A DNA stretch of 62,178 nucleotides, the filler included, from Rhabdomonas costata (lineage: Eukaryota): assembly GCA_019059605.1 (NCBI GenBank). It is 21 parts of 21 records of this genome, joined end to end, with 100 filler letters (N's around TTAATTAATTAA, not from the genome) between each part and the next. Parts side by side here need not be neighbours in the genome. Positions count along the whole stretch, not along the records: positions 1 to 2,870 come from JAHMHO010001846.1; positions 2,971 to 5,840 come from JAHMHO010001847.1; positions 5,941 to 8,828 come from JAHMHO010001848.1; positions 8,929 to 11,799 come from JAHMHO010001849.1; positions 11,900 to 14,769 come from JAHMHO010001850.1; 16 more parts are not named here. One strand, written 5' to 3'. The position numbers and the translations under genes were made by a program. Positions 1 through 12,368 of this stretch are shown here, piece after piece (the first letter of the stretch is position 1; every line of letters starts with the position of its first letter). Below the pieces are notes generated by a model. It saw nothing but the letters and a program-made list of their open reading frames with translations, was not told the DNA's origin and did not search any database.

Positions 1-957
1 GTTTGTTGGTAAAGGCGTTTTGTGCTCATCTTCGGTTCTGGTTAGAATATGATGAAACCCGCTTGATAGGTCCATCTTCGAAAAGTACCGAGCCTTTGAC
101 AAAAAATTGAAAAACCCATAGCGGGGCCGGCCTAAAACTGAGGCAGACAAGTACAACAGAAAGCACAGTGTCAAGGTACGCGTGCGGACCCAGCTCTTCA
201 GCCCCAAGGGGACACCGGCGACAAGCCCAACGGAGGTGCACGACACGCGCGAGTGGCACGCCGCACCCTGGAGGATGGGTGACGGACATCTCCGCGACAT
301 TATTCTTTGCCCTTATCTTGGGGATATGCTGGAGGTGCATGAAGGCACAGGGAAGGTCCGCAAACGCTGCAAGGTGCTGAGGCGATCTTCATCTTTTGGG
401 GCAACGCCACTCTTAGAGCTTACGAGGGCAGCGGTCCTGCAGCCGAAACAAACAAAGGAGAAACGCAATAAGCGTATCGATGGGTGAAAGACATCGGCTG
501 TGTTGAAAAGAAAAGCGTACTGCGGTGTGAATAACACCTCACATACCGTTCTGGGACCTCCTCGCGTTCGTCGGGATCTTGGTATCCTTCGAGGAGAGGG
601 CCCGGGTCTCGCGCGGCACGGTGACCCGAGGGTGGTCCAGCGGCGACCCCCGGCTGCGGAGCGATGGCCCCTGCCGCTCCGTTGAAGATGAGAAATCTGA
701 AGAGGATGACGAGGAACTCGGAACAGAAGCATCACCACCAGCACCAGCACCACGCAAGTAAACAACCACAAGGAGGAAATGACTGAAAATAAGAAAGCTT
801 ACAATACAAAAGTGAATATCTCCACGGTATACTCACGAGGCTTGCAGGGAGGGGGAGAAACAGCCCAAAAAGTCCAAGGAATCAGCCCAATCAAATTGTC
901 ATCCAACAGCCATAAATCGACCCTTCCATAAAGACTCCCCGTAACCAGACGCACGCG

Positions 958-1620
958 ATGATTCCGCAGGTGAGCGTGGTGCAGCCCGCCCTGCTGCGCG
1001 TGGTGCAGACCACGGAGCAGCTGCTGAATTCCATCCGGTGGTATGCTATCCCTTGCAAATTTTCCGATGCCACTGCCATTTCTTTGAGGGGTCTAATGGA
1101 CGTCCTTGGAGTGCAACGCTGCGCTGGCGCTGAGGTTGTACATATGATAACATGTAACCTTGGCGCCACAGCTCGCCTCCGCCTTGTGCGTGCCGATTCC
1201 TCGGTTCTGCCAAGCCATTGTTTATACTTTTCTCTTTCTGTCTGAGGTGGTGGCTGTTTTCAAGTTGTGCGCGAGTGAAAAGAATAGCAGAAAGACAAAA
1301 AGGGACGTCTTATGCGAAGCAAACCTGCACTTGGCTAAAACGTCGCATTGTCAGGCGCCACAAGTTTTCTGTCCCCGATCCACACGCAAGAACTATACAG
1401 ATAACGAACCCCCTGTCCGTGCGTTTCTGGATGAGATTTGTATCCTGGAGGACGGGATGCACCCATTTTAATTCTTTCCACTTCATCATATGCAGGCCTG
1501 CTATTAAGCCCCCTTCCACCAGATCCCTCGCTTCCTTTCGAGGCTGATTTCTTTTCGGCAGGGGGTCGATCTACACCGAGCTTGGCGTGAACCAGGAGAG
1601 TCTGGCACAGCTATGCGAGC
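958..1620 (+). CDS. Hypothetical protein, two exons (958-1040, 1562 to ~1620)
   Basis: GC3-rich codons; intron 1041 GTATGC...TTTTCGGCAG 1561 joins in phase to give MIPQVSVVQPALLRVVQTTEQLLNSIRW-GSIYTELGVNQESLAQLCE. Confidence 0.5.
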
Positions 1621-2287
1621 GCTCTAGGACTTACTTTGCCGGTGCTGTTTTTATCTGCTCGCTCTGGTGCACATAGCTCTCTCGTTGTCTTGGTCTCTCT
1701 GTGAGGATGAATTCTCTCGCAACTGCTATTGCTCCGCGGGTACGGCTGAACCTTCTGTCCTCTTATTTGTTGTTGAGCGCGTTGTCGATGAATTATGCCT
1801 TGTTGGGAAAGCGAGTAGGGTTAGTGTGTAAAAGGAGTGTCGGGAAGATAAAGGACAGTCGTACTTTGCGTATGTGTGCTTGAAAAAACATTGGAGGTTT
1901 GTGGCTTTCCCCTTTGCCATGCACATCAACTGAAGCGGATGCTGCGCGTTAGCAGTGACCTTTTGAGACGTTCGACGATGCCTTCCATTTTGTATGCGGG
2001 CATATGGAGCCATTGCTGGGGCTGTGTTTTTGTCTGTGTCGGGGGGGGGGGCCTCAGATTCCCACCAGCTGCTTTTCGAGCTTCGGGAGGCGCGGTTTCA
2101 GTTCTTCCAGCTGCTCTACTGGCTAAGCAAGCGTACGCCCTCCCTACCTCTGTCTTCATTTCCAGTGGGGAAATGAAAGTGTGGTGTCTGTTTTTCATGG
2201 GCGAGTTTCCGTGTTATGTTATCGATGGACGTTTGGAGAGGAGAGGGGGCACAGGGGCACACACACACACACACTTTGGGGCCACCG

Positions 2288-2870
2288 AAGCGGGGTGCAA
2301 CTCAAGACCAGCTATTAAGGATAAAAAGCCAAGTAAATCAGCAAAATCAGAATACCAGCAATATAAACACCCCTACAAGCAGACCAACACTCAGAAAAGA
2401 CGTAACGAGTTAAACGTATGCTCTTAGAAATGACTCCATAGCCAGACTGTTGGAATACCAACGAGAATATGGCCTTTTAGAAGATAACAAACCTGTAATT
2501 TTCGGTAAAAACATATTCAACCAAAAGAATCTTTCATTTCTACCGAATATGAATATCCCGACGCCCGAAGATTATAAATTAGGACCCGGCGATGAAATAG
2601 TCATTGATATCTGGGGGGCATCTCAAGCATCACTGCAACAAATAATTTCTCCGGAGGGGAGTATTGTGGTAGACAGGCTTGGCCCTGTTTACTTAAACGG
2701 AATGACAATAAGAGAAGCGAACTCTTATATACAACAAAAATTTTCTAGTGTTTATTCAGGTATCAGTAACGAAGGAGGATCTTCTCAAATAAAACTTACT
2801 TTAGGCCAAATACGTACTATCCAGATAAACATATTAGGAGAGGTGGCCGGACCGTGTACCTATGCGTTAT
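2288..2870 (+). CDS. Bacteroidota-type polysaccharide export / SLBB-domain protein (KpsD/Wza-like), N-terminal fragment with one in-frame TAA at 2411-2413
   Basis: KRGATQDQLLRIK...VIFGKNIFNQKNLSFLPNMNIPTPEDYKLGPGDEIVIDIWGASQ...ISPEGSIVVDRLGPVYLNGMTIREA...LTLGQIRTIQINILGEV is a Poly_export motif set; AT-rich and intronless. Confidence 0.9.
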
Positions 2871-2970
2871 NNNNNNNNNNNNNNNNNNNNNNNNNNNNNN
2901 NNNNNNNNNNNNNNTTAATTAATTAANNNNNNNNNNNNNNNNNNNNNNNNNNNNNNNNNNNNNNNNNNNN
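2871..2970. other. Artificial contig-joining spacer (first of 20; the others start at 5841, 8829, 11800, 14770, 17740, 20707, 23677, 26645, 29612, 32579, 35544, 38507, 41467, 44429, 47382, 50344, 53304, 56261, 59220)
   Basis: Identical N-run + TTAATTAATTAA (stops in all six frames) + N-run every ~2.96 kb; the contigs are near-equal in length. Confidence 0.98.
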
Positions 2971-2974
2971 GGTG

Positions 2975-3743
2975 TGGTGTTGGGGCACGATGGAGAGAGA
3001 TGTAAAATGCTTGGGTTCAGAGGCGGCATTTTTGATGCGTGATTCCATGATGTGGTAGTGCTCCGTGGTGGTCATGGCCTTCTTTGGGTGTTGGGCGTGT
3101 GTTCTACTCTAGCTTGGCTCTGTTTGCGTTCGGGGTTTGGGTTCCGGTATTCGATTGGTAGTCTTCGGGTTCGTGTTCGGGCTTCTGTTTTTTGGTTCCA
3201 CGCGTTTACGGAGATGGTTCCACGGGCCTGCGTGCCTGGGATTGGGCTGAAATGCCGATGCCGTAGTGGTTGGTGTGTGTGTTGGTGGTGGGCTTGGAGT
3301 CGGAGTGGGAGTTCTCGGTGTTCTCAGCCGTGGAGCTTAAAGAGACATCGGCGGAGGGGGAACGGTGGCTGTGGGCTGGTGCGGGCCCGCTTGGCTGGCG
3401 GTTGCTCAGAGTAGGCTGGGTGGTCAGCACGCGCTGTCACTAAGTGGTTCCACGGGCTGCCACTGCTAGCCGCTGAAGGTGAGAGGGATGGGTGACAGTG
3501 GCTGCGGGGACAGGGCCGGTGCTGAGGGGACCGTGACCGGGGCTGTGGTAGTGGAAGGCTGTGCAGGAGGCTCCAGGGGCTGAGGTGGAAGAAGCAGGAG
3601 TCCGTAGTCAGTGTGGCGGAGCCCGTCCGGTTCATGGAGGCCATGACCACCACGGAGCACTACCACATCAGGGAATCACGCATCAAAAATGCCGCCTCTG
3701 AACCCAAGCATTTTACATCTCTCTCCATCGTGCCCTAACACCA
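2975..3743. repeat. 106-bp inverted repeat (arms 2975-3080 and 3638-3743, 2 mismatches)
   Basis: Direct reverse-complement comparison. Confidence 0.95.
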
Positions 3744-5223
3744 AAGGCCGAAATCTATCCCTGGACAAGGAACCAAACCCGAAAACACAAACACCCACGC
3801 GAAATTTCCGACGCAGAGACCCACATAAACTCAGACAGACCGCCAGATCTCCAGAAGACGGACCCGCCGGACCACCACCAATACCGGACGGGGACCACCA
3901 GGTGGTGTAAGTCCAGGTTGAATGCCCTCACCATGATTCTAGGGCCAAGGGGTTTTGCCACCTACTACGCATGGTTCCGGCTACGCGGGCCAATGCTGTG
4001 TGGGAAATGGCGGTGCCAAGGGGTAAAAAGAGAGAAGGCGATACCCCAATGGTGATGCCTACTGATCCGCTTGCATGGGCCGGGGGTTCGCGACGGGGCA
4101 TGTTCTTTGCTGGTTTCCCCTATCGGTATGCCCCGTTTGGAACGCCCAAGTCCATGATAGCAAAATTTGATCAAGGCCGACATGCAAGGGAACCCGGGCT
4201 ATGAAAAGGAAGTTGACGAGAAGTGTCTCATGATTTTACGGACGACGCCTCGCAATTGAAGGTTCTCAAACCTCATGTCTTTCAACTGCTTGTCCGCCGG
4301 TGCGCGGGACTCGTTTTGTGAAACCGCATGTTCAAACGGTAATCTGGACAGGACCAACGTCAAGAACAGCATAGGTAGTGTGCAATATATTCCATTCCAA
4401 GTGTCAAAGACTATGCTGATCAACACAACAACGCAGACCACACTTTCCACACCCCAACCCCATTCAGCTCCAACCCGATTTGCCCGTTACCTCAGCTCCA
4501 AACAAACCCCCTCCGCGACACGAAAAATTACGGGTTCAGAAGTTCCACCGCACACTGCAGCTTTATATATTGCTCTACATCCTTAGAGTCAGCCAGATTT
4601 TCTGACGAAAAGGCAAACTGAAGGCTCGTTTGGAGTCTGCTCATTGTGGATAAAAATGTACAGACTGAAAACCACACTGCCACAAGTAGTACAATGAGAG
4701 TATGGCGTTCTCATTTCTCCAAAAGAGGCAATGAGTGAGGGAAGGGGTCAGCACCAAACAAAAAAGATGGCGGCATCAGGGGAACGAAATCGAAGACACC
4801 AGAAAATATTTACAGTAAACACTCTGGGGCGTTTTGGGGAAGGCAGTGGTGGGGGGACGGATTTCAAGAGTGAACATTGGAGCCACCCCGTGAATCAACA
4901 ACTCCCTCTCGCTGCAAGAAGGCCACCCACACTTTCCGAGTGAGGGGTCACACGAGAAGGGGGTCTCCCAGATCTCTCTCCCGAATGCAGCGTCGGTGCT
5001 GGAAAGCAATCAGAAAACCCTCAAGAGTGTCTTTTCTACAACAATTGCGCAAGGGATTCGTGTATGTTTGTAGGTTGGATGGGTTGATGACTCATTATGC
5101 GAACAAAGATGTGGCCAACGCCACTTCAGCAATGGAGGGGAGCATGCGGGAAAGCACTGTGTGGCAAAAACGGAGCAGAAACTGGAAGCTCGAGCAGCCC
5201 TACTAGTTTCCAATCCCACTTAC

Positions 5224-5820
5224 TCGCCGTTCAGCTCGCGGACCCGTCTCTTCAGGCGGATCACCTCCAGCTTCAGAGCGTCGGTTTCCCGACGATAGGT
5301 CTCCTGTTAACCCCACCCCCCACCCCAACCACCCGTTCTTTTCCTCGGTGCCTTTGGTTGTCACTTGATAGCAATCAAGGTGGAGCTGTGTGCCTTTGTG
5401 TGCGTAAGTGAGCTTGAATCAAGCTCAGCGACAACAGCCAACCATCCAGAAAACCTACAAACGGATGCTAACTTGACCTTGATACGCACTCGCGCACTCA
5501 CACACCGCCTGGGTCTCCATGGTCTTCTTCATCTCCTCAAGCTGCCCGAGGAGCTCCTTTCGCTCAGTTGCAGAAACCCGGTTCTCCGTGCTGTTGTGGT
5601 CGCGACACCCCCCCCTCCTCCCAACCCGACCCAATTGATGAAACGTGGTACAATGCCATTCTCGCATGTTTCTCGCGTTCTCGCACGTCTCCAAAAAATC
5701 ACCACTCACGTCTCCTCCATCCATCATAGCTCATGTGCCTTCAGGGCAATGTTGCACAACATGGAGCTTCTTGAGACGGAAGCCTCCATCCACTGGCCCC
5801 CATCGCGGTACGTCCACCGG
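5224..5820 (-). CDS. Coiled-coil hypothetical protein, exons ~5820-5761, 5590-5506, 5303-5224
   Basis: Phase-compatible GT-AG introns give ...MEASVSRSSI-TENRVSATERKELLGQLEEMKKTMETQA-ETYRRETDALKLEVIRLKRRVRELNG; last donor is GTAAGT. Confidence 0.6.
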
Positions 5821-6069
5821 TGCCTAACCCTGGGCATCCTNNNNNNNNNNNNNNNNNNNNNNNNNNNNNNNNNNNNNNNNNNNNTTAATTAATTAANNNN
5901 NNNNNNNNNNNNNNNNNNNNNNNNNNNNNNNNNNNNNNNNTTTGTTGCGAAGGAGAGTGTTGTGACCACCTACTGTCACGGACTTTTTCCTCCCCAGCAG
6001 TGCCGCCAGGCAGCCCACCGTAACGCCTTTGTGCAGTGGTTCAGCACCTATGGAGGGTATGTATAATCG

Positions 6070-6121
6070 GACCTCTCCCACCCCACTTCCCTATATGGAG
6101 GGAAGTGGGTTGGGAGAGGTC
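6070..6121. repeat. 23-bp-stem hairpin (1 mismatch, 6-nt loop)
   Basis: GACCTCTCCCACCCCACTTCCCT-ATATGG-AGGGAAGTGGGTTGGGAGAGGTC. Confidence 0.9.
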
Positions 6122-6243
6122 GGACTTGGACGCTCCTTAGAGCAAACCTCCTGAGACAGCCCCGTTGTGATCGTTCAAGAAAAGGTGGACCTTCGAAGAT
6201 TTTTGAAAACCTTCAACTGGGCACGCATTCCGCATCTGCTCAC

Positions 6244-6353
6244 CTCCGCTGGGCTGCGCAGGGGGTGATCCATTTCGCTTGCTGCGAGTGCGGGGCGAAG
6301 TGGAAGGGCTCGGAGTACTTCTTGCAGTTCATGCGGCGCGGCAACGGGGGCAC
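6244..6353 (-). CDS. Isolated exon of a hypothetical protein
   Basis: AAG|VPPLPRRMNCKKYSEPFHFAPHSQQAKWITPCAAQR|GTGAGC; GC3-rich. Confidence 0.45.
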
Positions 6354-9300
6354 CTTTGGAAACTGAGGCTTAATCCAACGACGGGCAAGTTGGGATTCCG
6401 ATTCCCCTCCCCCCTCCTCTCTCACGTTGGGACCCCAGTCGCCCTCTGGGTTTCTATGCCACCCCCATTTAATTGCATTCGTTCGTTCGTTCGTTTGCTT
6501 GTCGAGAGTGCAGCGAAAAATGACATCACTTCCGAAGTAATTGTTCACCCGTCACTAGCACTGTGCTTTCCCTTTCTGGCGCGCGAGATGCAGCAGCTCC
6601 TTCCCCTGACTGGTGCCCGTTTTTGTGTGGCGTGGGCCCCTTTGTGCTAGGGACTTGCCCGAACCATTTCGCACCAGCGCTCGCCTTTTTAGTTGTGTTT
6701 TTTGTTTTGCACTCAAAAGTGATCTGGTCCCCTCTGCTTTTGAGTGGCTGTGAGATCGGCTGTGAGAGGTAGTGCGCGTTTTGCGTTTGTCACTCCGTGT
6801 GTGTGTGTGTGTGTGTGTGTGCGGCGCATCTTTTGACAGTCTCTGGTTGTGTTTTTTCCTTGCAATGCTAGCGGAAGCTGAACCCTGAGATCAGCCTCAG
6901 GTTGACCGGCAACTGTCGGGGACATGAGCCTCCTTCGCTTCTGTCCACAGCCCGCAGCGCTGAATTTGACGCCATGTCTTGAGACAATTTCTTTTGCCCT
7001 TTTTCTTTGAGTACTTGTATGCGTTTGCGGTCAAGCACATGCCGGCAAAAGTCAGCAACACTCATGCAGAAACGCAGTCGTCCGCACCCCTCGCAAGACT
7101 TCGTGTCTAGATGAATTGCGCGCCTTCCTTCCCTCGTTAGATGATTCACCCCCTCCTTTCAGATTACTACCACCACCTGCCTGTTGCTGTCGCAGTTTGG
7201 AATTCTGCTCTCGTGCGTGAATGTGTTTTTCCCGTTGTTCCCGCGGTTGACTGAACCGCAATGCCTTCCTCTATTTCTGCCGTTTGATTCGAGACGAACA
7301 TTTGGACTGCTTGTTGGGTTGTTGTAAATGTTTTCGGATTGATGATGATGATGGTGATGATGAGCGTGCCGCTCAGGACCAGGGTTATGAAGTTGGAAAG
7401 GCCAAGGCAGGTTGCCACAGTATGGCAGGCTGTGCGTAGACATACAATTGTGGCACAAGGTCTCACTTTGCCCTTTCACCGCACCACTGGCAAAAACGGT
7501 GTGTCTAAGTACGCTCTTTTGGGGAGCGCAGGCTGCGCTTCTGCGGTCTGCTCAGCTTGCTGCACAATGTGCGTGCATAAGGGTTGCCGTATTCTTTTTG
7601 TGTACGTTTTCTTTTTGCGCCAAGTTGCTTTTTTGCACCACTACTACCTCCTCCTCCATCCCCTTTCCCTGCTCTGTCATGTCAGCTCAGTGCCGCTCTC
7701 CACTACCCTCTTTCCGGTCTCTCTCAACATCTTCCGCGCAGTGTTCGATCAAGCATTGCGCACCGTCCGGCTTGCTGTGGCTGCGGTGTCTTTGACTATT
7801 CGTGGAAAGGAGTTGGCGGCTTAGGAAGGTCGCGGGCATTCTTTGTGTAGTAATGAAGATTATGACAGTTTTAAAATGCAGCGTAATTGTGATGATTTAG
7901 CCAGAGCGGCATTACTAATATTTGTGAGGCGTGCCTAAACTTAATGGGCACAGAAGCACAGAGAGTAGCGTCATTGAAAACAGCCATCCTTAATGCACAG
8001 AAGCAGTGCCAAAAAAGGATAGGAGTTGTACGGAAGGTTCCATCGCCACTGAAACTGCTTCACAGAGCTTTTCAGATGGTCAGCAGAGCATCTACCACGT
8101 GCCCTTCACAGCTCACCCTACCGGGTGGGGGGCATAAATGCACTAGTTCCTCTCTAATCAGTTGTAGTCATTGGTCCAACGTTCAGCACACAGGCAAGCA
8201 TCGGATGACGTGCAGTCCAGCACTGCGATAGCAATGCAATATACCACCACCCATCCTCAAACCACGTATTTCTTCTTTACTTCCTTCCTCCGAAGGGTTG
8301 TAGGGTGTAGTAGAGGTTCTCATACAAAGCAGCACCACAGGGGCACGTCTTGACTCCTTGAATAACGCCATACTTGGTAAGGAAAGAGAACAGCTTTTTA
8401 TCATCAGAGCACAAAGCCTCCAAATCAGAAACGGTAAGCATGGCTGTCAAAAACGAGAGCAGGCATCGCATCCTAACCCTGGGAAGTTGCTGAGGACTCC
8501 GCCCCCCCAGACCACCCCATACGTGCATGGCGACCTAACCCTCTGCGAGAGAAATACTCTTATCTCCGGTGTGCCCAATACGTTTAGTTGCGCCATTTGT
8601 GATTCTACCACCACCTCCTCCTTCTGCACTGTCGTATGTGACCCCCCACCCCAAAAAAAAGCAAGTATGATGTGGCAGGTGCAGGTTGTATACTTCGCTG
8701 GGACCCCCTCTCAAACCAACTTAAGTTTGCACATCAAAAGGTTCAGAAGGTTCTCCTCTCTTTGGACGGAAACCTTTTTTTGTTCCTTTGGTTGGCGTTC
8801 GCGTGCCATTTCTCAGTGCCCCCAAAAANNNNNNNNNNNNNNNNNNNNNNNNNNNNNNNNNNNNNNNNNNNNTTAATTAATTAANNNNNNNNNNNNNNNN
8901 NNNNNNNNNNNNNNNNNNNNNNNNNNNNAACGTGGTAGTCATGAGGTCAACGGCCCGGTTTGACAGTGCCTGTGTGGAGGCACACTTCTGGTAGGCCACG
9001 GAGTGGGTGTGCTGCGAGAATGACAGAATCAGAGATTCCACTCTCTGGCTAAGGTGGCGGATATAATCAGAGAGCTCCATGACCCACTTTCTCGGGCATA
9101 TCGGTTCCACGCAGATGAGTATCCAGGCTCATGTGACTTTGATGGAATAAAAAAGGGTCAATGTGGGTTCCTTAGCACAGGTAATGAGAGATACAAATGT
9201 ACGACTGTGGTGGAAAAGGAGAGGAACGTGCAAAAATTCAGTTTAGTGTAAAAAACTCACCCACAACGATATCAACGCTCTGGCAGATTTACAAGAATAC

Positions 9301-12300
9301 AGTTGGAAATAACATAAACAAAAAGACAATAACCATGCACTCAAACTCTGTAAGTTGACTTGCCTCTTTATTTGGTTAAGATGAATGTTGTATAGCAGTG
9401 ACGCAGCCAACAATATTAACACCATGTGGAGTCATTTTTAACAGCACTATAGAAATGCACTGATGTAAACTGAGATTAATGTGTCACTGATAACATTCCA
9501 TCCGAATTTTTGCAACACATTATTGATCAATAGAGACATTCTGTGTTTGTTATCCGTTGCAAAAACGCTTAATTCAGCTACTGCTACTCTTTAAAATGAA
9601 GCTGTTTGTTACCGAAATAATCGCGAATGTTAAATGTCCAACGTGATCCAGTTCTAGATATTCAAATGGAATCAGCTCTCCGGAATACAAAAGTTCCTAA
9701 GTTTAAGTGTTTGGCATTATTTTGCACTTAGTCTTGTAGGTTCAAACCGAATTTGGTGCCATGGTTGATAAAGATGTACTGCAATGCAAAAACAACGTGT
9801 AGCCTCATCTACAGTTAATCGATAATATTAAAGATCTTGGTGCATAAATCTAGTCTGAAATCATCTGAAATCATCATTATGCAATCAATTCCTAGAGTTT
9901 TTGTGTTCTCCCATAATATTTTCTCATTAGAGTCAAATTGGTATCAACTCAACTTTAGTAATGTTGCTAGTATTTAATAAATAATGAATGAAATAGTGAA
10001 GATCGGTGTTTTTGAGTAGTTTGTTGTTGGTGAAAATCTTCAAAAAATCCCGGAGGCAAAATAAATTGTTTTCAACAATCCATTAATTAAGGTAAGTTAC
10101 ACCCGGAAACTCAGAATATGGTAGGTAACGGTTTTTCATTCGAAGCCTTTTCAGCCTATAGGAATGCCTCTGTCTGGGGACATGTTATGTGATTAACCCG
10201 GGGGAGTGTTTTTTTGATGGGGAACCTAAAAGGCATTTGGACATGGGCTGCTGCGAAGAGAGTTATTCCGTGAGTGTATTGATCTTTTGAAGCGAATTGT
10301 CAATTCTCTAACCAGCTTTTAGTTGAGAAGGAAGGTAAGGATAGGGTTTAAAAACAGCCATGTGGTATGGCACAGTTCTGAGTTTACTGTGTAGCGTACT
10401 TTATTAATTTTTTGCCAACACGTGCAGGATCTAATTTGCTGTTTGATTCCTCTTCTACGCTGCTACATTTGCCTGATGATAGAAGGGGCTTCATCCGCTG
10501 TTTGATGTAAATCATGCGGAATATTGTCTTCAAAAGACACTTGTAAACTTGGTGTTTTTGTAAGAAATTATTCTCTAAATTAACCCGGCATGACGCCCTA
10601 CTTTGTAAAGAAAACGATTTGCCATGCCACTTGATGATTGCATCAACATACTTGCATTACTTCCACCGATACAAGCTACGTGACAGCAACGACATGTTTA
10701 AAAGTTAGGCTCTGTAACATTGTGATTTTTTGAAAATTGGTAAAATACAAAAAAATAGACTTCAATTGCCACATATTTGTTTCCACGTGACCACGCTAAT
10801 ACTTGCAATAGTGTAGCACAAGCCTCCTAATACGGCAAAAGCACAGGGCAATTTATGCTTCATTGGCTGGAAACTGGAATGTCACCGTATCGTATCTATG
10901 GATTTGTAAACAATTATGAGTATAATGCGTGCTTGCAAATGCGTACATGATAGAATCAGGTTGGATACTTGCGTCATTAACGAAGTACTTTCTCCATGTC
11001 AGCATTTATAACCATACAGTTGTATAGATTCCAGGCCATGCTGGAAACAAGTTTCTCTGGAACACTAATGTATGAGCAACAGTGTCGAACACTAGAACTC
11101 AGTGCTGTTTTACTTGAGCGCGCCCGAACGCGTCCATTTGCACACGCCATGAAAGAACGCATTACATGGCTGCACCAAGTGATTTGTCATCTGAGTTGAA
11201 ACAATCAAACTCAGCGTGGTGAGGGATATTTGTTGCGGAAAAGTTTCTTCTTGAATGTCGGAATTGTTCAATGGGCTGTGCATTGGCGGCTTTTTCAACC
11301 ACAGTATACGGCGAGTGTTGTTGCGGAATGAATTCTTTCGAAATTATGGAATTCCCCTTTTGGAAGCCATACACGTTGTGGCATGAACGCGTTTTTTTTC
11401 GGAGCTCGCCAGTGCTCATTTTAACCGACAGCGTGGCCGTAAAAGTGCCTTTTCACTTAATCCGACTGCAACAGCGAAAGTGCTTCACAATTTCAACTTG
11501 GTCGCATATGTGTTCCTTTTATTCTTTTGTTCAATATATCCCGGCCAAAAAAAGATATAACTAAACTTTCTCTAAAAAGGCAGGTAGTAACGGTCCAGGT
11601 CACCAAGGTGTTCCTCATTCCAGAGGTAGACAGCCAGGACATCAAGGTGTTTCCAGAGACTAGTTTCCAGAGGTTTTATAGAGATTCCAGAGAGCCGACA
11701 AGGTGAGAGGAGACGGATCTCAGCATCTCGTGAGCCAGCTCCTGGCCAAACGCTAGGTCAGGCTACCTATCCACAGCTGGGCGAGAGAGCACCAAAAAAN
11801 NNNNNNNNNNNNNNNNNNNNNNNNNNNNNNNNNNNNNNNNNNNTTAATTAATTAANNNNNNNNNNNNNNNNNNNNNNNNNNNNNNNNNNNNNNNNNNNNG
11901 GTTTTAAGCTGAAGTTTGCGGAAAGGACGGGTCGTTTTGCTGTTAATTATTGAGATTGAAAAGTTGTGGGATGGATGGACTTGCTGTTTGTATGCCAATT
12001 TGTGTGCGTCGAACTGTGTGAAGGACCGGGAATACTGAAACCTGATCTCGCCCGCACATTTACAGTTTTGGTTGTGATTGGGGTTCTCCTTTTATGGAGA
12101 GGATGCGCATGTGCCAAATCCCCACTTTCTGTTCTCGTTCCGCTTAGTATATCCAAGTCTGACCAGATGTATCAGATACGCTGATTTCCGTTCCTCCAGT
12201 TGGTCACGGAGGACTTTGGAAAAGGGAACGAGTGCTGAAAAAAGTATATCGAATGAGACGTAAAACTGATGCCGAAATGAGAGAAGGGGAGGGGGAGGAA

Positions 12301-12368
12301 AAAGGGTGAGAGAGAGGGGGGGTTCTCACCGACCCTCTTGTTTTTTGTCGGTTTGTCGTGCTGTTCAG

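Noticed and set aside
2411..2413. In-frame TAA suggesting stop-codon reassignment
   Set aside because: Single case in a bacterial-type fragment; host genes end in standard TAA/TAG/TGA and conserved exons have no internal stops
9300..11580. AT-rich ORF-poor tract, possibly another decayed retroelement
   Set aside because: No motif strong enough to call
11593..11710. Short repeats (TTCCAGAG x4; similar micro-duplications at ~16150, 33452, 52528, 56170)
   Set aside because: Ordinary slippage repeats; no CRISPR-like repeat-spacer regularity
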